From an uncultured bacterium (lineage in GTDB: Bacteria; Patescibacteriota; Minisyncoccia; Minisyncoccales; UBA5738), in NCBI GenBank assembly GCA_903847095.1, contig CAINCQ010000016.1, positions 333-64,332 on the forward strand: a stretch of DNA of 64,000 nucleotides. The letters run 5' to 3'. The position numbers and the translations under genes were made by a program. The notes beneath the pieces were generated by a model. It saw only the letters and a program-made list of their open reading frames with translations, was not told the origin of the DNA and made no database searches. Shown one piece after another: positions 35,033 to 43,559 of the stretch. The first letter of the stretch is position 1. The number at the start of each line of letters is the position of its first letter.

Positions 35033-36070
35033 CTATGGTCTTTGGATTTTTGTCTTATCGTTCACGTCCCGATTGGCCAGTTGTCCGCAAGCGGCTTTTA
35101 TTTCCCGGCCGAACCGATAGCGCTCGGTAGTTTCAACGTTTTCCTGATCGATTATTTCCCTGAATTTTTTGACTCTGTCGCGGTTCGACGGCTTAAAATC
35201 CCCCGTCGGATTATAAGTAATCAAATTGACGAACGCTAATTTCAAAGAAAGCCTTTTTTTGATCAGGGCCGCCAATTCACGCGCGTTATCGTCGGAGTCG
35301 TTTACTCCATCGATCATGATGTATTCGAACATCACGCGGCGGTTGGTTTTTTTAACATACCCGTAAACCGCCCAGAGGATATTGTTAATTGGATATTTTT
35401 TGTTCGCCGGAACGATCCGGGAACGCAACGCGTCGTTGGGCGCATGCAAAGAAATCGCCAAATTTACTTGGATTGGTTCATCCGCCAGTTTTTCTATCCC
35501 CTCAACGACACCAACGGTTGAAATAGAAATATGGCGGGCGCCGATATTGAATCCGTCCTTTGAATTGATCAGCCTTACCGCTTCCATCACCGCGTCGTAA
35601 TTCAGGAAAGGCTCACCCATTCCCATGAAAACCACATTGTCTATTCTTTCACCTGTTATTTTAAGCCGGCGCGCGAAAAACAATATCTGCCAAACGATCT
35701 CGGAAGCGGACAGATTCCTTTTAAACCCTCCCTTGCCGGTAGCGCAAAAAACGCACCCCATCGGACAACCGGCCTGGGAAGAAACACAAATCGTGTTGCG
35801 GCCGTCTTTGTGGCGCATCAATACCGTTTCGACTTTAACGCCATCGGAAAAAGAAATCACCGCTTTGACCGTGTCCTTTGATTCCAGGAATTTAACAGCC
35901 GATTCCGTCGATAACGGGAAATCGTTCTTCAATTTTTGGCGCAACGCCACCGGCAAACTTTGAGCTTCCGACCAATCTTCGATGAGCTGCTTAAAAATCA
36001 ACTCCTCGGCCTGTCTTAGGCGGTAAGCCGGCTCGTCTTTAAGCACCATCTTGAGTTTATTCAAATCCAT
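35033..36070 (-). CDS. rlmN: 23S rRNA/tRNA (adenine-C2)-methyltransferase RlmN (radical SAM)
   Basis: 345-aa ORF. CVSSQAGCPMGCVFCATG cluster motif, MGMGEP, C-terminal ..AACGQL. Confidence 0.9.
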   Translation of the reverse strand: MDLNKLKMVLKDEPAYRLRQAEELIFKQLIEDWSEAQSLPVALRQKLKNDFPLSTESAVKFLESKDTVKAVISFSDGVKVETVLMRHKDGRNTICVSSQAGCPMGCVFCATGKGGFKRNLSASEIVWQILFFARRLKITGERIDNVVFMGMGEPFLNYDAVMEAVRLINSKDGFNIGARHISISTVGVVEGIEKLADEPIQVNLAISLHAPNDALRSRIVPANKKYPINNILWAVYGYVKKTNRRVMFEYIMIDGVNDSDDNARELAALIKKRLSLKLAFVNLITYNPTGDFKPSNRDRVKKFREIIDQENVETTERYRFGREIKAACGQLANRDVNDKTKIQRP

Positions 36071-36615
36071 TGCTTTTTTTCGAACGTAAAGATTTCGCCA
36101 TGGCCCGGATATACCACTGTCCCCGGATCGATCAAAACGTTAAGTTTTTCGAGCGACATTCTTAAATCATTGAGAGAGCCTCCCGGCAAATCCCACCGGC
36201 CAACGCCGCCAGCCTCAAAAATCGTATCCCCTGAAAAAACCAGGCCCGGAGCGAACAAACAAATGCTTCCCGCGGTATGGCCGGGCGTCAGCACAACCTT
36301 CAAAGAACATTCCCCTACCGCGATCTTTTCGCCATCCCTTAAAAACCGATCCGGCGTGAAATCCAAATAATCTTTTTCGTTTTCATGGATCAAGACCGGA
36401 ACATTGAATTTCTTTTTCAATCCGGCATTGCTTAAAGTATGGTCAAAATGACAATGGGTATTGATAATGAATTTTACTTCCGCCCGGGTTTTTTCAATTT
36501 CACGAACAATTCTTTCCTCTTCTCCTCCGGGATCAATGACAGCCAGTTTATTGCCGCAAACAAACAAAAAACAGTTTGTCTGGATTTCGCCAACTATAAT
36601 CCGGATTATCTCCAT
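36061..36615 (-). CDS. MBL-fold metallo-hydrolase
   Basis: 184-aa ORF. INTHCHFDH motif, TPGHTAGS. Confidence 0.8.
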   Translation of the reverse strand: MEIIRIIVGEIQTNCFLFVCGNKLAVIDPGGEEERIVREIEKTRAEVKFIINTHCHFDHTLSNAGLKKKFNVPVLIHENEKDYLDFTPDRFLRDGEKIAVGECSLKVVLTPGHTAGSICLFAPGLVFSGDTIFEAGGVGRWDLPGGSLNDLRMSLEKLNVLIDPGTVVYPGHGEIFTFEKKQWI

Positions 36616-36631
36616 ATAATCTAATTCCTCC

Positions 36632-36889
36632 TTAAAACCCCAGTCCTCCCATAGCCTGCATCTTTTGCGCCACGGTCATTTGGATTTTCTTCATCGCTTC
36701 ATTCAGCGCTTCCTTTAAAAGCTTTTCCTGCTGGTCTATCGGTAATGTCGGGTTAAGCTTGATATCTTCAAATTCCAGTTTGCCGTTAAGCGTTACTTTT
36801 ATGCCCTGTTTCTCGTAATCAAGCCGTTCGTTTTTCAAAGCATTCTGGATCTCCTGCAATTTCTTCAATTGTTTTAATTGTTCAAACAT
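36632..36889 (-). CDS. ybaB: YbaB/EbfC-family nucleoid-associated protein
   Basis: 85-aa ORF. The coiled N-terminus, the (V/I)TLNGK core and the C-terminal MGG..GF tail are typical of YbaB. Confidence 0.7.
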   Translation of the reverse strand: MFEQLKQLKKLQEIQNALKNERLDYEKQGIKVTLNGKLEFEDIKLNPTLPIDQQEKLLKEALNEAMKKIQMTVAQKMQAMGGLGF

Positions 36890-37112
36890 TGGTTTATTTC
36901 AAATCGCGCGCCGGATATTGAATCCTTAAAGGATAGAATTATCGAGCTTGATTGTGAAAATTTGTTTATGCGACAAAGGTCATTATACTTAATTGCCCTG
37001 ATTAAATCAAAAAAATGGCGCCGGATCTTAACGCCGCTAAAACCGTTTCCTACATATATATTATCACGGAATGGTCGAATATCCTTAAGAAGCGAACCCG
37101 GACAAAACCGTT

Positions 37113-37139
37113 AAAAAGACTGACCACGAAAGTGGTCAG
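37113..37139 (-). terminator. intrinsic terminator of a short minus-strand transcript
   Basis: Minus strand reads CTGACCAC-tttc-GTGGTCAG followed by TCTTTTT. No annotated minus-strand gene lies upstream of it. Confidence 0.7.
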
Positions 37140-37288
37140 ATATAAAATAACCGGCTGAAATGCTCACTAGAGATATCCTGCCGTACTCTAGTTTGGCGCC
37201 GGACGGCCTTATCCTATCTACTCTGCTAGGCTAAGACGAGCATAGAGGTAAGAACTAGACACATAAACCCGTTTACACCTCCGGCATC

Positions 37289-37316
37289 ATATTATCAGAA
37301 AAAATAGTATAAGCAA
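37289..37316 (-). promoter_or_regulatory. sigma70-like promoter (extended -10) of the short minus-strand transcript
   Basis: Minus strand reads TTGCTT (37316-37311), 16-nt spacer, TGaTAATAT (37297-37289). Confidence 0.5.
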
Positions 37317-37374
37317 ATCAACCGCCTTTTGACTTTATCCAAAAATCCTATAATTTTAAAGTACGTGTACGAAC

Positions 37375-37399
37375 GAAAAAATCTGGCTTGGTTGCCAGA
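37375..37399 (-). terminator. intrinsic terminator of a second short minus-strand transcript divergent from elp3
   Basis: Minus strand reads TCTGGC-aaccaa-GCCAGA followed by TTTTTTCG. Confidence 0.65.
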
Positions 37400-37554
37400 C
37401 TTTAAAGGATGATTATTGGAAGAACCGCTATATTGACCAGTTGATCCGAGGTTCAGATCCTAGAAACCTTCCCATTTTTCATAGACGGTCTAAGTCAGGG
37501 ACATAGAAACGAATATAATCTTCATTCCTCATTCTCACCCCCCTATAAAGCATT

Positions 37555-39177
37555 ATGATAAAAAGGTTATCAGAAAAAAACGGTAAGTCAATGGAACGTC
37601 AAATTACAATCGCGGAAAAACTGATCCAAGACGACCCGAAAACAAAAACGGAATTAGACGCGTTCAAACGGAAAATTTGCGTGGAATTAAAAATTCCCTA
37701 TCCGGGTAATATCTCCCTGCTTTCGGCCTTAAACAAACTTGGCGGCGGAAAATCCGCCGAACAATCCCGCCGCGAACTTTATAACCTGTTGCGCGTCCGG
37801 CCGGTCCGGTCGCTTTCGGGCATCGTCAATGTTTCGGTTCTGACCAAGCCCTATCCCTGTCCCGGAATCTGCCTTTACTGCCCGCAGGAAACCGGTTTTC
37901 CGAAAAGCTATCTGTCGGGCGAACCGGCAGCGGAACGGGCCAGCCGCCTGAAATTCGATCCCGGAAAACAAGTCTCCGGCCGCCTTCGCACCCTGGCCGA
38001 AGAAGCCCACCCAATAGACAAGATCGAAATGCGGGTCATCGGAGGAACTTGGAGTTTCTATAAAAAAGCTTACCAAGAATCGTTTATCAAGAAATGTTTT
38101 TTTAGCTGTAATAATTTTAACGCCCCGCGTTCCAGAAAAATCGGCTCCCTGAAACAAGAGCAAAAAATCAATGAATCGGCTAAATGCCGGATCATCGGAC
38201 TGTCGGTCGAAACCCGGCCGGATTTTATCAGCGGAAAAGAAATCATCCATTTAAGGAATCTTGGCGTAACCAAAGTGGAATTGGGAATCCAAAGCATTTA
38301 CGATGACGTGCTCGATTTAAATCAAAGAGGCCATAAAGTCGATTCTACGATAAAAGCAACGCGGCTTTTAAAAAACTCCGGCTTCAAAATAGCCTACCAG
38401 ATAATGCTTAATCTCTATGGCTCTTCGCCTCAAAAAGATATTGAAATGATGAAAACAATCTTTAACGACGAACGTTTCCAGCCCGATACGCTCAAAATTT
38501 ATCCCTGCGCCGTCTTGCGCGAAGCCCCGCTTTATGAATTATACGAAAAAGGCTTGTTTAAACCTTATCCGGATAAAAAACTGATCGAGGTTATCAAAGA
38601 AATAAAAAAGAACATCCCGCCCTATCTAAGGATCGAGCGGATCATCCGCGACATCCCCTCCCCCCGGATCGCCGAAGGCACCAAAACCGTTTCCAATCTC
38701 CGCCAGATCATCGCGGCGGATATGGTAAAAGAAAATTGGCGCTGCCAATGCATCCGTTGCCGCGAAATAAAAGGAGACTATGACCCAAAGGAAAAAGTAT
38801 ATATGGCGCGCCGCGAATACAAAGCTTCGGGCGGACAGGAGATTTTTTTAAGCTTTGAGAACAAAGAACAAACCAAAATCTTCAGCCTGTTGCGTCTGCG
38901 CATCAGCCAAAACCCGGATCCCGCAATTCCGGCACTGAAAAATTCCGCGTTAATAAGAGAGATTCATACTTATGGTTTCCAGCTTGCCGTGGCGGAAAAA
39001 ACGTCGGCCGTCCAACACCAAGGCTTAGGAAAAAAATTGATCCTGGAAGCGGAAAAAATCGCGAAAAAAGAATTCGGATACGAAAAAATCGCGGCCATCT
39101 CCGGAATCGGAGCGCGCGAATACTGGCGCAAATCCGGCTACAAATTAAAAGCTACCTACATGATAAAGAACCTTTGA
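37555..39177 (+). CDS. elp3: Elp3-type radical SAM/GNAT tRNA uridine(34) modification enzyme homolog
   Basis: 540-aa ORF. Radical-SAM cluster region PYPCPGICLYCP, central TIM-like domain, C-terminal GNAT motif QHQGLGKKLILEAEKIA. The start is uncertain (alternative ATG at 37591). Confidence 0.8.
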   Translation: MIKRLSEKNGKSMERQITIAEKLIQDDPKTKTELDAFKRKICVELKIPYPGNISLLSALNKLGGGKSAEQSRRELYNLLRVRPVRSLSGIVNVSVLTKPYPCPGICLYCPQETGFPKSYLSGEPAAERASRLKFDPGKQVSGRLRTLAEEAHPIDKIEMRVIGGTWSFYKKAYQESFIKKCFFSCNNFNAPRSRKIGSLKQEQKINESAKCRIIGLSVETRPDFISGKEIIHLRNLGVTKVELGIQSIYDDVLDLNQRGHKVDSTIKATRLLKNSGFKIAYQIMLNLYGSSPQKDIEMMKTIFNDERFQPDTLKIYPCAVLREAPLYELYEKGLFKPYPDKKLIEVIKEIKKNIPPYLRIERIIRDIPSPRIAEGTKTVSNLRQIIAADMVKENWRCQCIRCREIKGDYDPKEKVYMARREYKASGGQEIFLSFENKEQTKIFSLLRLRISQNPDPAIPALKNSALIREIHTYGFQLAVAEKTSAVQHQGLGKKLILEAEKIAKKEFGYEKIAAISGIGAREYWRKSGYKLKATYMIKNL

Positions 39178-39206
39178 TTGAACAAAAAAAACGAGGCTTC
39201 TCCTCG

Positions 39207-39509
39207 TTATTCTTTATTGACCTTAAAGACGGTAATACTTCCGCTAGCTTCTTCTAAAGCCTTTTTGACCGCTATGGCCCTTATTGTCGTGAGCGTCCCG
39301 GGCGCCAAACCGATTTCCTTCTCGATTAACGCCAGATCTTTGCTGGTAACCAACGGGATCAACCCGGCCAATTGTTCTTTTACTTCTTCTTGTGAAAGGT
39401 CAAAGCCTTCGGCTCCGGCCGCAAGCTCCTTAACAAGGATCTTTAAAACCTCGTACTCGCGGGGTTCCAAAGCAACTTCCTTTACCTCAATTACCTCTAT
39501 CCGATCCAT
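39207..39509 (-). CDS. hypothetical protein (100 aa)
   Basis: Acidic ORF, no recognised motif. Confidence 0.5.
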   Translation of the reverse strand: MDRIEVIEVKEVALEPREYEVLKILVKELAAGAEGFDLSQEEVKEQLAGLIPLVTSKDLALIEKEIGLAPGTLTTIRAIAVKKALEEASGSITVFKVNKE

Positions 39510-39645
39510 CGCCTTTCCTCTTCTTAATTTTAAGTATTGCTATCATCATAAACTTTTTTTAGAATATGTCAAACGAAGTCCGCAAATCACGGCAAGCCTA
39601 TCGTCCTATTTAAATCATATAAAAACTTTTAATACTTGAGCAATT

Positions 39646-40011
39646 TTAAAATTTAAGCCTACCGGCTTTTGCCCGCCATCTTTTTTCCAAGAGGCGTACT
39701 TCTTTTTCGTCAAAACCGAAATGATGGGCGATCTCATGCCAAACAACCACCTTTACGACCTCTCTAATATCCTCGGGGCTATTGGCGGTACGCTCGATAT
39801 TCTCTTTAAAAATCGTGATCTTGTCGGGCAAAGTCATTCCCATCCCCTTCCCCCAAACGTTTTCCGGAACCCCTTCGTATAAACCAAGTAAGTTACGGCG
39901 CGGCGATTTTTCCTCCACCACGATCGCGGTATTATTTATGGCTTTTTTAATATGGTCGGGCAAACCTTCGATTGCCTCGGACACCAATTTTTCAAATTCG
40001 TTGATTTCCAT
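39646..40011 (-). CDS. zincin-like metallopeptidase-family protein (DUF1025-like)
   Basis: 121-aa ORF. C-terminal VVWHEIAHHFGFDE (HExxH). Confidence 0.7.
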   Translation of the reverse strand: MEINEFEKLVSEAIEGLPDHIKKAINNTAIVVEEKSPRRNLLGLYEGVPENVWGKGMGMTLPDKITIFKENIERTANSPEDIREVVKVVVWHEIAHHFGFDEKEVRLLEKRWRAKAGRLKF

Positions 40012-40064
40012 TTAAATTATCTAAAAAGTAAAGGCTAAGTTAGTTAGCCTTTGATCGGTGAGAC

Positions 40065-40283
40065 TTAAAACAACGGCGGTACCAAGATTTCGCGATATTG
40101 TTGCAGACCGGCTTTGCTTCTTTGCCACGACCGCGAAACCGCTCGCAGGTCCCGGTAATAATCATGCCAAGGTCTTCCAAGATTATTGCAAATCCAAATT
40201 TCTTCGCCCGACTGACTTTGAGCCTTGACTGCCCAAGCATTACAAACCGGACAGAGTTCCAAACTGTATCGATATTTCCTCAC
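40065..40283 (-). CDS. small CxxC protein (72 aa), tentative
   Basis: GTG start. Contains CPVC. A minus-strand terminator hairpin (40022-40052, AAAGGCTA/TAGCCTTT followed by a T-run) follows its stop. A competing frame exists at 40040..40240. Confidence 0.35.
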   Translation of the reverse strand: MRKYRYSLELCPVCNAWAVKAQSQSGEEIWICNNLGRPWHDYYRDLRAVSRSWQRSKAGLQQYREILVPPLF

Positions 40284-40335
40284 CGTTCAAACACTTCCTG
40301 TTCTTACAGAATTCAACCACGAAATCGACCTTGAG

Positions 40336-40902
40336 TCAATTTTTTTCGTTACCGCGAACCAGATTTTTGAAATCATGTTCCAGGATCTTTTTGAATTTTT
40401 GGAACCGGATGCCGGCGGCCGGATGGTAGCTGATAAAATATTTCCGTCCCCCGCTCTCGCGCCATTTACCGCGCCAGTCTGAAAATTTTTCTTTTTTGAA
40501 AAATTCTTTGAAAGCCACATCTCCCAGCAGAATAATTTTTTTAGCACCGAACAGCTCTATCTGGCGCGCCAGATAATCATGGCAAGCCGCGATTTCGTCA
40601 GGCTTGGGCTTCCGGTTAAGCGGCGGCGTAGGCAAGCATTTTACGATCGACGTGATAAAAGTTTCTTTATAACGGTCGAGGCCCGCCAGCGCCAGCAATT
40701 CGGTAAGCAGCTTTCCGGCCCGGCCGATAAACGGCCGTCCGGTTTTGTCTTCATTGGCTCCCGGACCCTGCCCAACGATAAAATATTCCGCGTCGAGCGG
40801 TCCCTCGCCCGGAACAGATTTAATCCTTGTTTTTGACAAACGGCATTTTGCGCATGAACCAATCTCTTTATTAAGTTCTTCCATCTGATTCATTTTATCC
40901 AT
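40336..40902 (-). CDS. uracil-DNA glycosylase, family 4
   Basis: 188-aa ORF. CAKCRLSKTR, VPGEGPLDAEYFIVGQGPGANED..GRPFIGRAG, typical of the family 4 (Fe-S) UDG. Confidence 0.85.
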   Translation of the reverse strand: MDKMNQMEELNKEIGSCAKCRLSKTRIKSVPGEGPLDAEYFIVGQGPGANEDKTGRPFIGRAGKLLTELLALAGLDRYKETFITSIVKCLPTPPLNRKPKPDEIAACHDYLARQIELFGAKKIILLGDVAFKEFFKKEKFSDWRGKWRESGGRKYFISYHPAAGIRFQKFKKILEHDFKNLVRGNEKN

Positions 40903-42522
40903 TTACTTTTTCTCCACCAGCCCGCCCCACTCCACCGCGGTAAATCCCTGTCTTTGCGGGGTTTCGATCAGCGGCTCAAGCGTTTCAATCCGGCTATCCA
41001 AAGGCGTGAACAAAAATCTAATCCTGATCACCGTATCGGGTTTAGGATCTATGGTCATCGGCTCGATATTCTCAATGGTATTTCTGTCCAGCAATCTAAT
41101 CAAATAAAATTTGGCGGGGGTTAAACGGCCATCGAGCCACCAGTTTTTGAAATCGATTATCTCCTGTCCCTGCAATCCAACCTCGGGAAGAATCCCGTCA
41201 AAAAATTCCGCTAACCCGTCGTAAGAGACGAGAAAACCTTGCAACGGCATATAAATTTCAGCAGCAGGAATTTCGGTTTCATAAAATAGATAACCGTATT
41301 TTCCGTCGATTGAACCACTTGGTTTGACATTAACATTCCACCCATTCCCGTAAGCCGGAATACTGGCTGTCATTCTTCCCTTCGGACTAAGCTTGACGGT
41401 TACGCTCGTCTGTTTTTCCGGATAAAGATAAATAACCGGCTTGGTATCATCCATCAACGATCCCTCTTGGCCCATTTGTTTAAAGACTTTCTCTCCCTCG
41501 GGTGTGGCATAAACATCAAACAACCTTTTGCCTGCGTCAACAAGAACATATTTGAATTTTTCCGGATACGCGCACGTATCGAAACACATGCAGATCTTTT
41601 CGCCGTTGGGGCCTTTTTTTTCGATTGGGCTTAAAGCCGAGTCATGGTAAGAACCCGGAGCCACGTAAAAATTCTTAACAATCAGCTTATAACCATCCAA
41701 GCCGGTATGTAAATCATTGCAATCCGGCGAATGGGCCCCGGAAACATGGTCAAGGCAACGGCCTTCCACATAAGGACCGTCGTCATCTTTGGGAGGAATT
41801 ATCTCTTCAAGTTTGCATTTTTCGGTACATTGATCGTGGAGTTTTACGCATTCCGCCATCGTCTTTCCTCCGTTTTTAGTGCAGTCCTTGACGCTCATTT
41901 GAGGATCGCAATCTTCACCATTATCTATTTTCCCGTTTCCGCAAAAAAACGAAACGCACGTTTTCGGATCGCAATTCGAAATCAACTCACCGCATGTTTC
42001 TTTGGTAAAACCGGTCCTTCCCTGACAGCCGTCGATCGTTTCCATCGGGTCGCAGCTTTCCGTTTCTCGCTGAACAACGCCGTCGCCGCAAATAGCTTGC
42101 GTATCGGCAGGTTTGTCGCAATCCATACTGATCTTCCACCAGCCTTTGGTCAGGCTGTATCCGTCCCATTCCGCGGCTCCCGCGGAAATGAAATAAGTAT
42201 TCACGCCAACCCAGCCGGCGAAAATAATGATCAAACCCAGAGCCGTCACGCCCATGACCGTTTTTACTTTTGAAACCACTTTGGCGTTTCCGCGATTTGC
42301 CATCAGGTTAAGGCCGCAAAGGATGAATATCAAGGCAGAAATAGACAGCGTTAAAGCCAAAGTATAATAAAGAACATCCTTGGTAAGCAAAAACAAATGG
42401 CAAATCGTACACTCCCCCTGACCCGGCCCACCGCAAGGAACAAAACCGGAAGCGGCCACCGATCCCGCAAAAGCCAGCGCCAGTAAACCGCAAACAGCTG
42501 TCAAAAAACTCGATTTATCCAT
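40903..42522 (-). CDS. TrbC/VirB2-like pilin-domain protein fused to Cys-rich repeats and a distinct C-terminal domain (paralog of 30628..31995)
   Basis: 539-aa ORF. Signal peptide, FVPCGGPGQGECTICHLFLL, two TM helices, ..AEWDGYSLTKGWWK, CGDGVVQRETESCDP, CGNGKIDNGEDCD, then about 300 aa of unrelated Cys-poor sequence. Confidence 0.65.
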   Translation of the reverse strand: MDKSSFLTAVCGLLALAFAGSVAASGFVPCGGPGQGECTICHLFLLTKDVLYYTLALTLSISALIFILCGLNLMANRGNAKVVSKVKTVMGVTALGLIIIFAGWVGVNTYFISAGAAEWDGYSLTKGWWKISMDCDKPADTQAICGDGVVQRETESCDPMETIDGCQGRTGFTKETCGELISNCDPKTCVSFFCGNGKIDNGEDCDPQMSVKDCTKNGGKTMAECVKLHDQCTEKCKLEEIIPPKDDDGPYVEGRCLDHVSGAHSPDCNDLHTGLDGYKLIVKNFYVAPGSYHDSALSPIEKKGPNGEKICMCFDTCAYPEKFKYVLVDAGKRLFDVYATPEGEKVFKQMGQEGSLMDDTKPVIYLYPEKQTSVTVKLSPKGRMTASIPAYGNGWNVNVKPSGSIDGKYGYLFYETEIPAAEIYMPLQGFLVSYDGLAEFFDGILPEVGLQGQEIIDFKNWWLDGRLTPAKFYLIRLLDRNTIENIEPMTIDPKPDTVIRIRFLFTPLDSRIETLEPLIETPQRQGFTAVEWGGLVEKK

Positions 42523-42544
42523 GTTTTTTATAAATGACTTACTG

Positions 42545-43486
42545 TTAATTATTGATATTATTCAAAAGCAAGACGACGGCATATCCTACCAATGAAAAAA
42601 AAGCGATCGGCGGCAAGGCCGGTATCGGCCGGCGCGTTCTTTGATTGAAAAATTGATATAAACTGGCGCAAAAGCCCGCGGTCGCGAAAATCGCGGTGAT
42701 CATCGCCCCGGCAGTCCCGTAATGCCCGGCCATCGATACGCAAAAGAACAGGGGAAAAACGATATCCCCTCCTCCAAGGATCAGGAATTTCTCCCCTCCG
42801 GTCACAACCCTGTTTATATCGACCTTCAATCCCGATAAATCCATTGGGATGAAAACCGCCGCCAAGGCCCCGCTGGCAATCATCTCTTTGGCCATTACCA
42901 CCATGTGTTTCGTTACATAAACAGCCACCAGGTCGTAAACGGAGAAGATCAGCAAAAGAAACGCGGCAGAACCGGGTAAAAAAGCATTTCCCAAAAAAAT
43001 CCCCGCCCCTAACATTGAAAATAAAAGACAGATATTTTGGACCACTACCCTATGATATAGCCACCACGCCGCCGATAGGCCCGCCCCGGCCAGGACGGCA
43101 AAAATCCCACCGATCCATATCTTAAAAAAGATTGTCGAACCGCAAAAAACAACCAAGGCGAATATTATTTTGAATATCGTCCTCTTGATCTTTTTTAATT
43201 TCAGGAAATAGATCAGGGATATGAAAAATAAAGTAGCCAAAATAAAAATAACCAAAAAATTCGGCACGCTGACCTCTGACGCTCCAAAACTTTTAACGCT
43301 GGCCGCCCCCGCCAAATGATCCGATGATATTATCCCCACCGCCATTAACGCCGCGAAAAAAACGGCGGTCATGGCCAAAACCAGCCCCGTTTTCCTTGCC
43401 GCTGTTTTTTGGCTTGTCTTTATGCCATCCACGCTTATATTTTTTTTCCCTTCTTCTTTGATATTGTCTGGTTGGCTTTGAGGCAT
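42545..43486 (-). CDS. presenilin/signal-peptide-peptidase-like GxGD intramembrane aspartyl protease (A22 family-like)
   Basis: 313-aa polytopic ORF. It carries the three signature motifs in order: FSVYDLVAVY (YD), LILGGGDIVFP (GxGD) and RRPIPALPPIAF (PAL). Confidence 0.6.
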   Translation of the reverse strand: MPQSQPDNIKEEGKKNISVDGIKTSQKTAARKTGLVLAMTAVFFAALMAVGIISSDHLAGAASVKSFGASEVSVPNFLVIFILATLFFISLIYFLKLKKIKRTIFKIIFALVVFCGSTIFFKIWIGGIFAVLAGAGLSAAWWLYHRVVVQNICLLFSMLGAGIFLGNAFLPGSAAFLLLIFSVYDLVAVYVTKHMVVMAKEMIASGALAAVFIPMDLSGLKVDINRVVTGGEKFLILGGGDIVFPLFFCVSMAGHYGTAGAMITAIFATAGFCASLYQFFNQRTRRPIPALPPIAFFSLVGYAVVLLLNNINN

Positions 43487-43559
43487 TTTTGATAAATGAA
43501 CCGGCTTGGCGTCCGGTAAGCTAATTTTCCCTTGGTTGCCCTTTTGGAAGCGTAGTTTT

